Below, piece after piece: positions 49,608-61,300 of a DNA stretch of 64,000 nucleotides. Every line of letters begins with the position of its first letter. Positions within the stretch are counted from its first letter, which is position 1. A model generated the notes under the pieces. That model made no database searches and was not told the DNA's origin. It was given only the letters and a program-made list of their open reading frames with translations. The translations under genes and the position numbers were made by a program. This DNA comes from Psilocybe cubensis (Eukaryota), in assembly GCA_017499595.2 (NCBI GenBank), contig CM038999.1, positions 4,216,001 to 4,280,000 of the forward strand, written 5' to 3'.

Positions 49608-50285
49608 CTAGGCTTATTTCCCCCCGAAGGGGGGGCCTTCGTTGCATTGGGCCTCCTGTTCAGAATTCCTGAAATCTGATGCCAGATTCGGATTCCTCGA
49701 CCTTAAAAACCTCCAAATCCATTTTCAAAATATTTTATTTTATACATACGGAGGTGCTACATAATTAAACATGTAATTTATGGAGGCCGGCCTCCAAATT
49801 GATGGAGGCCACTGGAGGCCGGCCTCCAAATTGATGGAGGTCACTGGAGGCCGGCCTCCAACTAAAACGCGAGTGGAGGCCGGCCTCCCGCCTGTCTCCC
49901 GACGCCTGCACTTGCTGTCCCGATGCTTGCGCTCGCCGCCTGCCCGACGCCTGCGCTTGCTGCTGCGTGTCGTCGCACCGCCACCTCCGGGCCGCTGCTG
50001 CTGCCCCGCCGTCTCCACTTGATACCTGTCGTTCAGCCGTCACCGCTTGTCATCACGCCGTCACCGCGTGTCATCCGGCCGTCGCCGCCTGTCGTCACAT
50101 TGTCACCGCGTGTCGTCCCGCCGTCTTGTCTACTCGCCGCCCACCACGACACGCACTCTGCTGCGTGTTGTTGCGCCGCCATCCCCGGGCCGCTGCTGCT
50201 GCCGCCCGCCTCCACTCGTCGCCTGTCGCTGCCGCCGCGCAGCGGAGTTTCAATGTCTTTTGACGACAGCAAGGACAAACAAAGC
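49608..50285. mobile_element. Repeat R copy 3
   Basis: CTAGGCTTATTT-C6-GAA-G7, the shared core and palindromes. Its distal CGGAGTTT.AATGTC...GGACAAACAA is shared with copy 2. Confidence 0.65.
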
Positions 50286-50604
50286 GCCACTGGCAAAATT
50301 TGACCAAGTAAACAACCCTGCGCTGTCTCAAACGTTCCCTACCGACCATCAGGGAGCGGCATCAAAGGTCTGTAACACAACTGCGAGAGGTACTCACCTT
50401 GGGGGAGGTGGCGGTTGGTGTTGGGCAGTGGTTTTGTGTTGGGCAGGGACAAGGTGAGAGGGTGTTTGGGTTCAACGAGGAAGGGAACATTGTACGTCTC
50501 TTTCCCTTCTTTTGCTGCTGGTTTTGATTGATTCATTTTAGTGGTAAAAAAACCAGCCATTTATGATCCCGCTTGTCTTGACGTGTGCGTTGACGCTGTC
50601 GCAG

Positions 50605-50790
50605 GGGACTATCACGCTCAAAATCGGATTTGTACGTGCTCCTTCCTCTTCCTCTGCCTCTTCGGTTGACGACGCGGGTACAGGTGTGGGCACGGGAGGA
50701 GGAGAAAGGGAGGCAAACCAGATGTCGTTTGAGGAAATCTACGATGTGTTGGTGAGGAGGAGTCAGGTGTTGTTGGTTAGTGCGCCGTCT
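50605..50790 (+). pseudogene. Isolated exon resembling the post-C2 segment of phosphatidylserine decarboxylase 2
   Basis: GTITLKIGFV...MSFEEIYDVLVRRSQVLLVSAPS, preceded by a CAG acceptor and followed by a mutated donor ATGAGT. Recognised from memory only. Confidence 0.4.
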
Positions 50791-51992
50791 ATGAGTCTTT
50801 TTTTCGTATTTCTTTTCTTTTTTCGTTGTGTTTTATTTTATTTTATTTTCAATGGATGATTTTATACGATGAATGCTTATGTATACACACTTTTTTGATC
50901 TACATGCTATGTGCGAGAGGCATAGAAGATTTAAGATATGGGATGTACAGATTATGAGGAGATAAGATGGGAGGAGAGTGTAGGTTAGTAGGCTACTGAA
51001 CATTGAGTAGAGCCACCCGGGTTCCAGTGGTGTTGACAGAAATCTGCTGTGCGCAGGCAATTAGAAAGCACATATGCGTCTTGAACGCAGATTGGGATTT
51101 GTTTGAGATGTCTGCTGAGGGGATGGAAGGGACGGCAGGCAGGGCATACCTTGGGCTTGCAGTGCGTGATGTACCCGGTGACATGAACAAAGACGTGGTA
51201 TTTGGAACATGAGCCCAGAGGGCGTTAACTCGGTATGGTCAAACTCACCAGCACGTATGTATTAATGTGTGCGTTGTGCGTGAAAGATGAGAAGGGGTCT
51301 GTGAACCGTGTGTTGAGTTTGAACATCACGATTCACCCCATAGGCGAGATACATGTCAGGTTTAGGCGTTATTTTGAGATATATATGTTGAAAAGCAAGG
51401 TGAATTATACAGAAGGGGGAAGAAAAGCAACGAACCTTGACGTTCTCCTTCATGGCAACACTGTGTTGCAGTCAACCTAGCACACAACCCTTCCTGTTGA
51501 CAAGACATACCAGTGTCCGCCATTCGGGGGAGTAGCCCGTCAGTTAAGCAAAGTATACCCAGTGCACTGATTTTATAAAAGGAGAAATGCAAACACACCC
51601 TCAGGTTTGTCAACGTCCGCCAATATCCACTCAAACCCTAAACCCTCTATCAAATTGTGCATATATTCCACGGTTGTTGACGCATATATGCGCATGGCGT
51701 GTCTCTCCATCACTGCGAATTTGTGTACATGCCGCAAAATCTGCCAAAGCGCTTGGTGATCTCTCATCTCACTATGCGACGACTTTACCTGTGTGACCTC
51801 TATGTTGTTCGTTCTACATCAAAATACACTAAATTGGGGCACAAACTTATCAAAATATTCAGTGACATCCACGGTATATGTGTTCTTAAACTTGTTATTT
51901 TCATTGGATACTAACTACAATTTTACTTCGCCTCGTTATTATTATCATTAATCTCAAGTTTCACTGCCTAAACATTATCCCGTTTGATTTCA

Positions 51993-52282
51993 AACTTCTC
52001 CATCCCATACCCGTCCTCGTCTGAAGGTGCCTCGCCGCTGAGAATAGCTGGTATGTTGCTGAGTTACACTCTCCATAAGCGTGACACATGATAGTTTTGA
52101 ATTTGCTTTATTTTTCAGACAGTGTCCTTGACAAAGAATGTGAAGACAAACGCGAACATGAACATGAACGCTAAATCCAGCACAAATATTTGGAGAATGG
52201 AACAGCGAGGGTGGCAAGACTCCCTACCATCAACGTTGACGGACTGTATGTGCATGTATCGGCCTTGATGTTGACGAGTACT
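51993..52282 (+). repeat. Dispersed ~300 bp repeat, copy 2
   Basis: Matches 45063-45376. Confidence 0.8.
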
Positions 52283-52530
52283 GATTCGACGACGAGCGGG
52301 GTGTATACGCAGCGTCTGGCTGTGCCCGTTGAGCAGTGGTGTTCTAGTGTGTGAACAGGTGCGCATGTGAGGGGTGTAAAACTGTGTATGATGGGTTTAA
52401 AGAGGGCTTTTTGTAAGAGGTGCTGGTGAGTGTTTGCGTGTGTGAATACGAGCGAGCAAACATTGTCTTACCCTCTATATTTCTACACCAGTATCTATGC
52501 TTTTCACAACTACCACTATCCCTCACCCGT

Positions 52531-53604
52531 TGAAGATCGAAGTTTGTGATTGGTTATAAACTATATGTAATCCAACAAACACAAACTCCAGGGAAAGAGT
52601 GGTCCAGACTGGATAGGACGAAACCTTCTCCTAAGTTTCTTAAGGGAGGACGCTGCCTAGGATTTAAGTAGATTAGGATGGTGTGGATTGTGAAGGGTAA
52701 CGAAAGCGAAATAGTAAGAAGAGGATAACCGGGTCGTCTGGGTACGATAGTAAATAAGCCTTCCGAAAATGGGATGGAACCGTGGAATTGGATGGCGGGT
52801 GTATATGGAAAGCGTGAAGAAGATGCGTAGATTGCGTATGAGAAATCAATAAATGTGAATCTTAGAGGGGTTGTCTGAAGTGAGTGGGGAACGTTCCGAG
52901 GGGAGATGAGGAGATGACTAGGAGTTGGGATGTCGTTGAATGGCTGAATCTTGATAAGCGGATGGTAAAGGCAAAAGTGTCCTTAAATTGACAATCTTTC
53001 TGATGCTTGGAATGAAGCTATACGTCGCGGGAGTATCGACTGAATCAAGGGTGAAAGACTAAGTCTGTCTCGAATGAAATCACTCCAGATGAGTTGACGG
53101 AGGGAAAGAATGTCTTGAATACACTCCTAACGGCAATGGTTGGAAGGTGTAGAAGGAGTAGGAGCGGTGACAGATTGAACGGAGGAGGGAAAGTAGGGAA
53201 GTACTGGATGTCTGGATAGAAGTTGGATATTCAACGCTGAGAAGAAGAGGCGTTGGATGAGAAGGATGACTGGTCTCGGATGAAATCCTCTCTTAATGGA
53301 AAGCGAGATGACTTCGGATGAATGGAAGTAAACTTGGTTTCGACGGAGGGTGGAACTGATGACTGAAATAGACTTGGGTTTGGGCTTGGCTTGAACTTGA
53401 ACTTGGAATTGAAATGAATCGATGTGGATTGACTTGAAATTGACTTGACTTGGATGAAAATTGACTTGCTTTGAAGAAAGTGGGGACTGGGTGTAACTTT
53501 CCTGTCATTTCGTGTAATTCTACTACAGCTTTTATACTAAAAGCTACGTGAACGAAATACCAATCTGAGCTACTGAAAACCGAGTCATATACTGTACAAA
53601 GTGT
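52531..53604 (-). repeat. 3' LTR (part shared with the other LTR; the true boundary lies further right, before 54230)
   Basis: Aligns with 62384-63457 with only scattered differences. Confidence 0.9.
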
Positions 53605-54229
53605 CAAGAATGAGGCTACGCAAGTGTAACAATAAGCAAGAACAATAAGACATGTCGATATCGACACGACGACAGATAAGAAATGAATAGGATGAGTAAG
53701 AAAGAAGTGTATGACGAAGGTGAATGGTAATACAGATTAGATAAAAGAAGCAAGGATGGGTCAGAAAGCATAGAAGATTGGTAAGACAAAGACAATAAAA
53801 GCGCAAGAGACAATAGAAAAGATATATATAACACAAAAGGATGAGTAAGACAAACCAAAAATAAGTTGGAATGAGTAATCCGAAGCATGACGCTGAGTAA
53901 GACCATTGAATTGATAAAAATAAAGTTGACAGTCCGGCTGTGCAAGGCAGGGTAGAAAGCTGTGCAGTTTGATGTTTGACTGATCCGTCGCATAGCCTTG
54001 ATGATCCGACGAAGTGACATGATCCGGAATAACGTGGCTCCCATGTGACAAGTGTTGATAAGATAAGATGTGTGGATGACTTATGGAAAGAATGACTGCT
54101 TGGGTTGAGGGCGTCGTGTGTAGATCCAAAATGAACATCTCATCTCCAATCAGGATTGGGGTATGATATCCGTCCCAAACTTGAGAAATCAACCGTCCCC
54201 GGTTGCGGAAGGAAGGGGGGGGGAATAGA

Positions 54230-57200
54230 TTAGAAGTCGTCCATGTCGTCGCTCCATGTGTCTTCATCTTCCTCACTCTCATGTCCAAGTTCTCTGATCA
54301 TCCGGTCTAGCTGTGGTCGAGGAATGACTGAACCGTCTCGTGGAAAATAGTGAAGAAGTCGGAAAGCAGCTACGCCTTGAGCCAGTTGCGTACCATTAAG
54401 TTCTCTAAGCACATATGATCCTCCTCGTGTCTGTCGTACAACTTCGTAAGGTCCAAGATATCGTGGCTTGTGCTTGCGATTCATCTCCTTCTCAACTTGA
54501 CTGTTCCTGACTAGGACTAGATCACCAAACTTGAAGCTTTCTTGTCGAAGACGTCGAGCAAATCGTCGTTCAAAAGTAGCTTTGGATTGAAGTCGTGATT
54601 GTTTCAGAACGTCGGCTATGTTGGCTAAGTCTTCATCTCGTTTCATGAGTTGTCGAACACGGAGAGCTAAGAGATCTTCGGAACTCATTCCTTGTCGGAA
54701 TCCATCAACTAGAAATGTGGCTTCAAGGAGATCAAATGGAAGAACAGGATGAACACCATGCATGACGTAGAAAGGGGAATGTCCAGTAGAGCGTCGAGTG
54801 ATGCATTTGTCAGAGAAGAGTGTGTGATGAACGTACTGTGGCCAGTCTAGAGGTCGGTCGCCGCAAGCTTTGAGAATGGATTCACGGAAGTCAATGTGAC
54901 CACGTTCAATAGATCCATTGGCTTTAGAGTTGTAAGGAGAAATGCAAACTTGAGGAATGCCGTACTTTTCCATCAAAAGACTGAAAGCGCCAGAGACTTC
55001 TACTCCATTGTCTGTGCGTACAATAGCAATAGCACCATATCGGCATATGACTTCTTCCCAAAAGAAAGTGGCCAGCTCTTCGGAACGTAAAGACTTGAGG
55101 GCACGTCCTTCAGGTGCACGTGATAAGTCGTCTCGGGCTAGGACTACGTATCGGAAGCGTCCAGATTTGGGCATGTACATGACGTTGACATTGATGATAG
55201 TGAAGATAGTTGGGGGAGCTGTGATAGTGATAGGAACTTCGCTTTTCTTGGTGGATCTGATCTGACATTCATGGCAAGTAGCGAGATGATGCTTGATATC
55301 CTGAAAAAGAAATGGCCAGAAAAACCGAATGCGAATAACTCCAAACACACCGTATACTCCTCGATGTCCAAGTTCTTCATGAGCTTGAGTAAGAATGAGA
55401 CATCGCTTGTCTGGATCTAGAATAACCAAGAGTGGAGGTCTTCCTTGTCGTCGTCGATAGAGTTGATCATCTTTGAGATAGTACTGAGTAGCGCGAGCAA
55501 GGAATCGTCGTTGGGACTGCAAATTGGGAAAAGGGGGTATAGTTTGGTCTGTAAGAAATTGAAGAATTTGTCGAAGTGTCCGTTCTTGAGAAGAAGAAGA
55601 AGCAATAAAAGAAGGAAGCGAGATAGAGTCATACGATGGCATAGAAGAGGGAGTAAAAAGAAAAGTAGGGAAAAATTTGACCGTATTAAGAAGAGCAATA
55701 TCGTCGAGCCAGTCATCATCTTCTTGAGGTTCTTCTAACTCTTCAGAAGTTGGTTGTCGTCTTGAAAGTCCATCAGGTCCACGATGATTACCGGCCTTTA
55801 CATGGATGAGCTTGAAGTCAAAGAGAAGAATGCCTTGTATCCATCGATTCATACTAGCACTAGGCTGCAAGTCAGGCTGATTGAGCATGCCTTTGATGTA
55901 CTTGGCGTCGACTTCAACATAGAGGTTCTTGACTCCAATAAGATAGAGGCGGAATTCTCGAAGAGCACGGAAAAGACCATATAACTCGAGCTTGGGCTGA
56001 CTGTATCGTGCTTCTCGTGGATTAAGTGAGATAGAACCATAGCGGACAGGTCGTCGGATGCCTTCTTTGTCAAGTTGATAGAGAATGATACCAATAGCAA
56101 TGTGAGAAGTGTCCACAGCAAGAATAACTGGGCGATCGGATGAATAGTCAATAGAAGTGAGAACAGGAGGATTGGAAATGATTTCTTTGAGAGTTTGGAA
56201 AGAGTCTTCTCGTTGTTGAGTCCAGACAAAGGGTTCGTCCTTACGATAGAGTTCTGTGAGCGGTCGGACAAGGGCTGAGTAATTTCTGATCCAAACACGC
56301 ATTGTTCCGCATAGACCTAGAAAGGATCGGATGTCGTGAACAGACTTTGGTCGTGGCCAATCAGTGACTTTCTGTATCTTGCTCTGATCGGGTAGTCGTC
56401 CATCCGGAGTGCATAACTGTCCAAGAATAAGAACTTCAGGCTGAGCAAGCTGAGTCTTTGGTCCAGAAAATGTAGCACCAGCACATCCCATGCGATGCAT
56501 AACTCGATGAACATCTTGAGCATGTTCCCAGACAAATCGTCGTATTCCTGGATTTTCTGGAAGTGTTTCTGGATTGCCGTCCTCGTCTAAGTACTGTGTT
56601 GGAGGGCCTTTGATAGGAACATCGTCGATAAAGACATTGGCTACGTGAGGGATCTCATCACGAAGAATGAAGGTGGTATAGGCTTGAAATTCCGCTACTG
56701 CATTCGTATATCCCATAGGCATTGAAGTAAGTCGAAGAGGTCCAATAGGCGACTGGAATGTGGTAAGATCTCAGCTCATAGGATGGATTTTGCGTGCGTC
56801 ATATCCCCAATATAAGTCAAAGACCGTGTAAATAGAATGACCAGCAAAGGGAACCACAAAGTCGTCAAGAACTGGAGGAACTCCTGCGTCTCGATAGGAA
56901 ATAGAGTTAAGAATCTGCAGATCATGAACTAGACGGATAGCACCAGATGTCTTCTTCTTGACCCAGAAAATTGGAGAGCGATACGGAGCTTGGCTTGGTT
57001 CGTATACTCCAGCGTCTATCTTTTCACGTAAGAGACTGATAACTTGATCCTTGATGCCGGGTGGAATAGGAATATTTCGGACTACCCAGGGCTCGTGATC
57101 CTCAACAGGAAAGATGTATGGAGAGAAGTATTCTTCAGAAAATGTTCCACGTTCGGACTGATGAAAAGCGAGTGAGCGTTCATTGAGTTTAAGAATATGA

Positions 57201-57500
57201 AGGAAAAGCTTTTCTTCTTCCGGCCATAAGAATTTGTTGGCGTTAATGTTCATTGATTGTATGCGTTCAAGAGTGAGTCTGGTTGTTGGCGTAAAGGCAG
57301 GGGGATGGAGTGGGAGAGGTGGGAGAGATAATAAGGGATCAACAGGAATTCGTCGTATAACTTTGGCCGATTCTGGAGTAACCCGATTTATAGGTCTAAC
57401 TTTCCGATCGACTCGTTTATAGGCTGTATTGGCAGAAGAGGGGGAAAGAATAGGTGATATGAATTGATTCATGGAGGCTCGGAAGGTTGATAGTGTCGAT
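54230..57500 (-). pseudogene. pol (RT, RNase H, integrase) with an in-frame TGA at 56771-56773
   Basis: YKRVDRKVRP, VHDLQ.LN, FDLYWGY, HPMS*DLTTFQSP, PMGYTN, FIDD, LAVDTS, ELYGL, HHCC zinc finger, TDNG, GSIERGH, YLGPY. Confidence 0.92.
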
Positions 57501-58306
57501 CCTGACGCGGCAGTGAATACAAAACCAATTGTAGGAGAGCTTGACGACCTTGCCGAATTAGTTTGGTTGACGGTGGGTTTAGCAGTAATATCTGAATTGA
57601 GTGACCATGATCTCGCATAAATGCTTTGATCTATCCGAAATTTCTGTAGGTCTTGACCCATCAGAGGTAATGGAGTGGTCGTCCTTCTTATCTTGTCCGT
57701 AAGCTTGATTTTTCGCTCTTTGTGGATAAGATGAAGCCCTTCCCGATTCTGTAGGAGTTTGAGGTGTATTGGAGGCGTGATGGTGGTGTATATTGGAGAT
57801 AGAGATTCCGTATAGCATTCCTTTGGGAGGTTGCGTGTGTTTCTCCAAGAACTCTGCAATAGGTGACCTGAGGATTTGTTTGCGGACTGAAGTGGTAAAG
57901 CGGGGGTGGAACAAATAAATAAAAGGGAGGAATAAATAAAGGTTAGTTTAACGACTTTTCGGTCGACGTACATACAAATGGATAAAGTGGAAAGACAATG
58001 AAAATAAAAGGTAAAGGAAAAGGTTGTATGGCGTGGAGTTGCCATTGAGAGTGTGAATGTGAAGAAAAGGCGCATAAAAGAAAAGTGGAGGCGTTCAAGA
58101 ACTCGTTGCACAAATGAAAAATCTACATAAGTGTCCGTGAAATGAAAAAGAGAAACGCAAAATGTGGAAATAAAATAGAAGGTGGGATAAAGGCATAACG
58201 ATGAGGAAGAAGAAACAGCAAAGGTGACAAAGAAAAATTGAGGGGATCGGAGAACAAAGAGAGGGCGTTGAGGAAGCAAGCTGATGTCCATGCACCATCC
58301 AGATAG

Positions 58307-61300
58307 TCAGTACAATGTGTTGGCGTCCAAGGGATGTTCTTCCGTGTTGTCGATACCAAAGGGACTTTCTTCTCCATACTGATAGTACCATTCGTTTCCA
58401 TCATCCATATTTGAAGCTCGTGATTCGTGCATTGTGCTGGTTATGGGAAGAGGTAAAAGGGAAGAATTGTGGTCGACCTCTTTGCCATTTTGGGCGATTC
58501 GTAGCTCTTCTTCATCCTCGTTTAATGGCTCCTTCGGACTGTTGTGGGCTACTCGCAGAGGATGTACCAAAGCTTTCGGGCCTCGATGATGCTCGTCTAC
58601 ATTTGCGGTGACCGTCGATGATACACGTGTTTCCTGGTGAATCATAATCGAAAGAGGCGTCTCTGGAAGAGCAGAACTTCGGGAATGAGGTTGGGGAATA
58701 GGAGAAGCATTTTGAGAGCGAATGGATTGGGGAATAAAATGAGTCCAGGATGCTGAGTGACGTTGGCCCATTGGATAGGCACTGACTGAAGCAGAGTGGT
58801 TAGATTGAGACGAGATACCAGTGCGACTGAAGTGTAGAATAGTTGGAGTCGTCGTCAAGTTTATATGACTGTCTCTCTGCGGATAAACATAATGGACAAA
58901 GGCCGTTCCTGTTCGGTCAGAAACAACACGAGTAGGAGAAGAATAAGTGGCGTTGTATAGAATCCAGTCTTCAAAGCGCAAGTGGGGGTTGAGCATTCCC
59001 ATAGCCGTAAGGTGAGTATTGTCAGAAGAGAATTGAATAGCTTCTACTTTGGGTGAGCTCAATTGTTCCATTTCTGGATCGTCGTCAGCTGGTTCTTCTT
59101 CATGTGGGTTGTTATTGTCTGAAGTGTGGGATTTGATGGACGGATTGACAGATGGTGATGGTGGCTGTTCTATTTGTGGGGCCTCATTTGTGGAATCGTA
59201 AGATGGTGTGGAAATATGACCATAATGGGCTGTCGCATTGAATTGAGAAGTTCCCGAGTCATCTTGATACATTGAGTCATAATCGGAAGCGTAGAGACCG
59301 TGAGAGGAGTCCTGAGTCGAGTCATATTCGCAGTTGGAGTCAGAGAAAGAGGGTGCATCTTGTGAAGTGGATAAGTCCTCATTTGGGTTAGCAGATTCGT
59401 GCCGATTCAGAGATTGTTGCCTAGTAAGGATAGATAACTCGATCATGGAAGGGGTAGGTGATGGATAGCGAAGGTCGTCCAATAATTCACCAGGTTCTAG
59501 ATCTTCTTCAATTTCACCTTCTTCGGCATCCGGATTAGCTAAGGAGAGGTCGTTGTGTGCTAACATTGTGTGGGGGGTCTTGTCGTAAATGGTATCCGTG
59601 AAGTAATGCCGGTTGTGCTGAGTATCAGGTGTCACAAGGAATTTCTGCTCACGTGTAGGATCTTTGACGTCATAGAAGGCAATGAAGGTCCCTTCGGGTC
59701 GTTCTAGAATGTCCACATAGTTGTCACGGGTCCATGGACGTCCCAAGAGTATATCAAACTGGACTTTGTCGGATACATAGCAATGAGCACGCGTCCTGAC
59801 TGTACCAATATCAAGTTGAACATTTCCAACGAATCCAAGCATGTGGGATTTGCCACCATGAATATCAACCATAACAATAGTATTCCGGCTGTCCATCGGC
59901 AACTTGACAATCTTCTTCCAAGCCTGTTCGCTTAGAATGTTCTGCGTAGATCCACTGTCAATCAAGGCATTGAGTTCGTGACCATTACACATTAATGTGA
60001 TTCGAAGAAGGGGCTCGTGAGCGCGAAGGGATTCGACTGAATTGGTCTCGTGCATGTATTGAACAGGTACGTCCTTTTCGGCACTGCGAATGATGTCTAG
60101 AACTTCCTTATCGGAAAGCTTTAAGTTGCCGTTTGCCAATGAAGCTTTGAATTCGTCGACAGTAAGGGTCTTGCCTTTGATGCTGTTGATAAGAAGGGTC
60201 CTAAGGTCCTTTGAAACTCCAAGTAACTCGCCGAACGTCGCATTAACGGGTTGATTAAGGCATCGTCTGAGAATGGCCATAGTGTCGACAGTTTGGGATA
60301 TATCAGAGACACGTTTCTGAGGGGCTGCACGTGGCTTAGTAACTGATTTGCCTCGTTCTAGACTAGGAGTGACATCTTCCATGATTTGATCATCATCGGC
60401 CGGATCAAAAACCTCGTGTCGTTGCGCAGTCTCGGGATGTTCCGTTGGATTTGCCCTAATCGGGACATTGGGTTGAGCTTGTTTGACAGGAATTGATGGA
60501 TTCATTTCGGCAGAAGGTTGATTAATTGACGGGATTGGGACAGGTTGAATGGAAGTGGAGCTAGGCACGTTGTTCGGCAATCCAGAGTTAGCCGGACGTT
60601 TAAGAATAGATGGGATCTGAGAAGAATCCTTAGCTTTACTCATTTCCGCTCGCTTCCCTTTGAGATACGCGGGTTCCGGAGGTACCACAGCGTCCATGAC
60701 CTGTTTGCGTGCAGCACGTGTTCGCTTTTCAGTTGGGATTCTATTACCAGGACCTGCCAGCGTAAACTCAAACTCGTCTTCTCCATCCCAGGTTCCAATG
60801 TCGTCCTCTTCTTCTTCTGCGACCATGGCTCTGTAGTTCTTGAACATCTGACCATAATATGCTTCGGATACGGCTATGCTTTTGGTAGCAACTTGAGGAG
60901 GAGGAGGAGGAGGCTGTTGTTGACGAAGGACTGCTTGTGCGATTGACTCTCCATTCTGGCGAATAATGCGGGATCCATCAGGAAAGACAACTCGATTGCT
61001 ACTGTCTCTGGAAATGAGCTTGCGGTTCGTAAGATCAATGAGCGTTGGGCAGTTGTTGATTCCATGGCCTTGTTGATGGCAACCATAGCAGATGATCTCG
61101 GATGCAGACTGACGTGGTGGTCGTGGTGCTGGAGGTGCTGTCTGACTTGCGATTGGGACTGGCTGAGCTGGCTGTGCACTTGGATTCATAATGGCCGGAG
61201 CAATGAGCATGTTAGCAAGAGCGGGTTCCAACTTGATGGCGCGAAGATAGTAAATGGCGTACGAAGAATCATGGATGGTGAGCTTCGACATCTGCTTGAT

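Noticed and set aside
50605-50790. Possible psilocybin-pathway decarboxylase (PsiD) link
   Set aside because: The fragment resembles the C2-adjacent part of housekeeping Psd2, not the decarboxylase domain, and no cluster genes are present.
50990-51170. Cys/His-rich minus-strand peptide resembling a MYND finger
   Set aside because: Spacing does not convincingly fit and the frame is short and isolated.
53293-54288. Hydrophobic ORFs downstream of pol as a possible env gene
   Set aside because: Products of T-rich LTR/UTR sequence, overlapping in several frames, with no env features.
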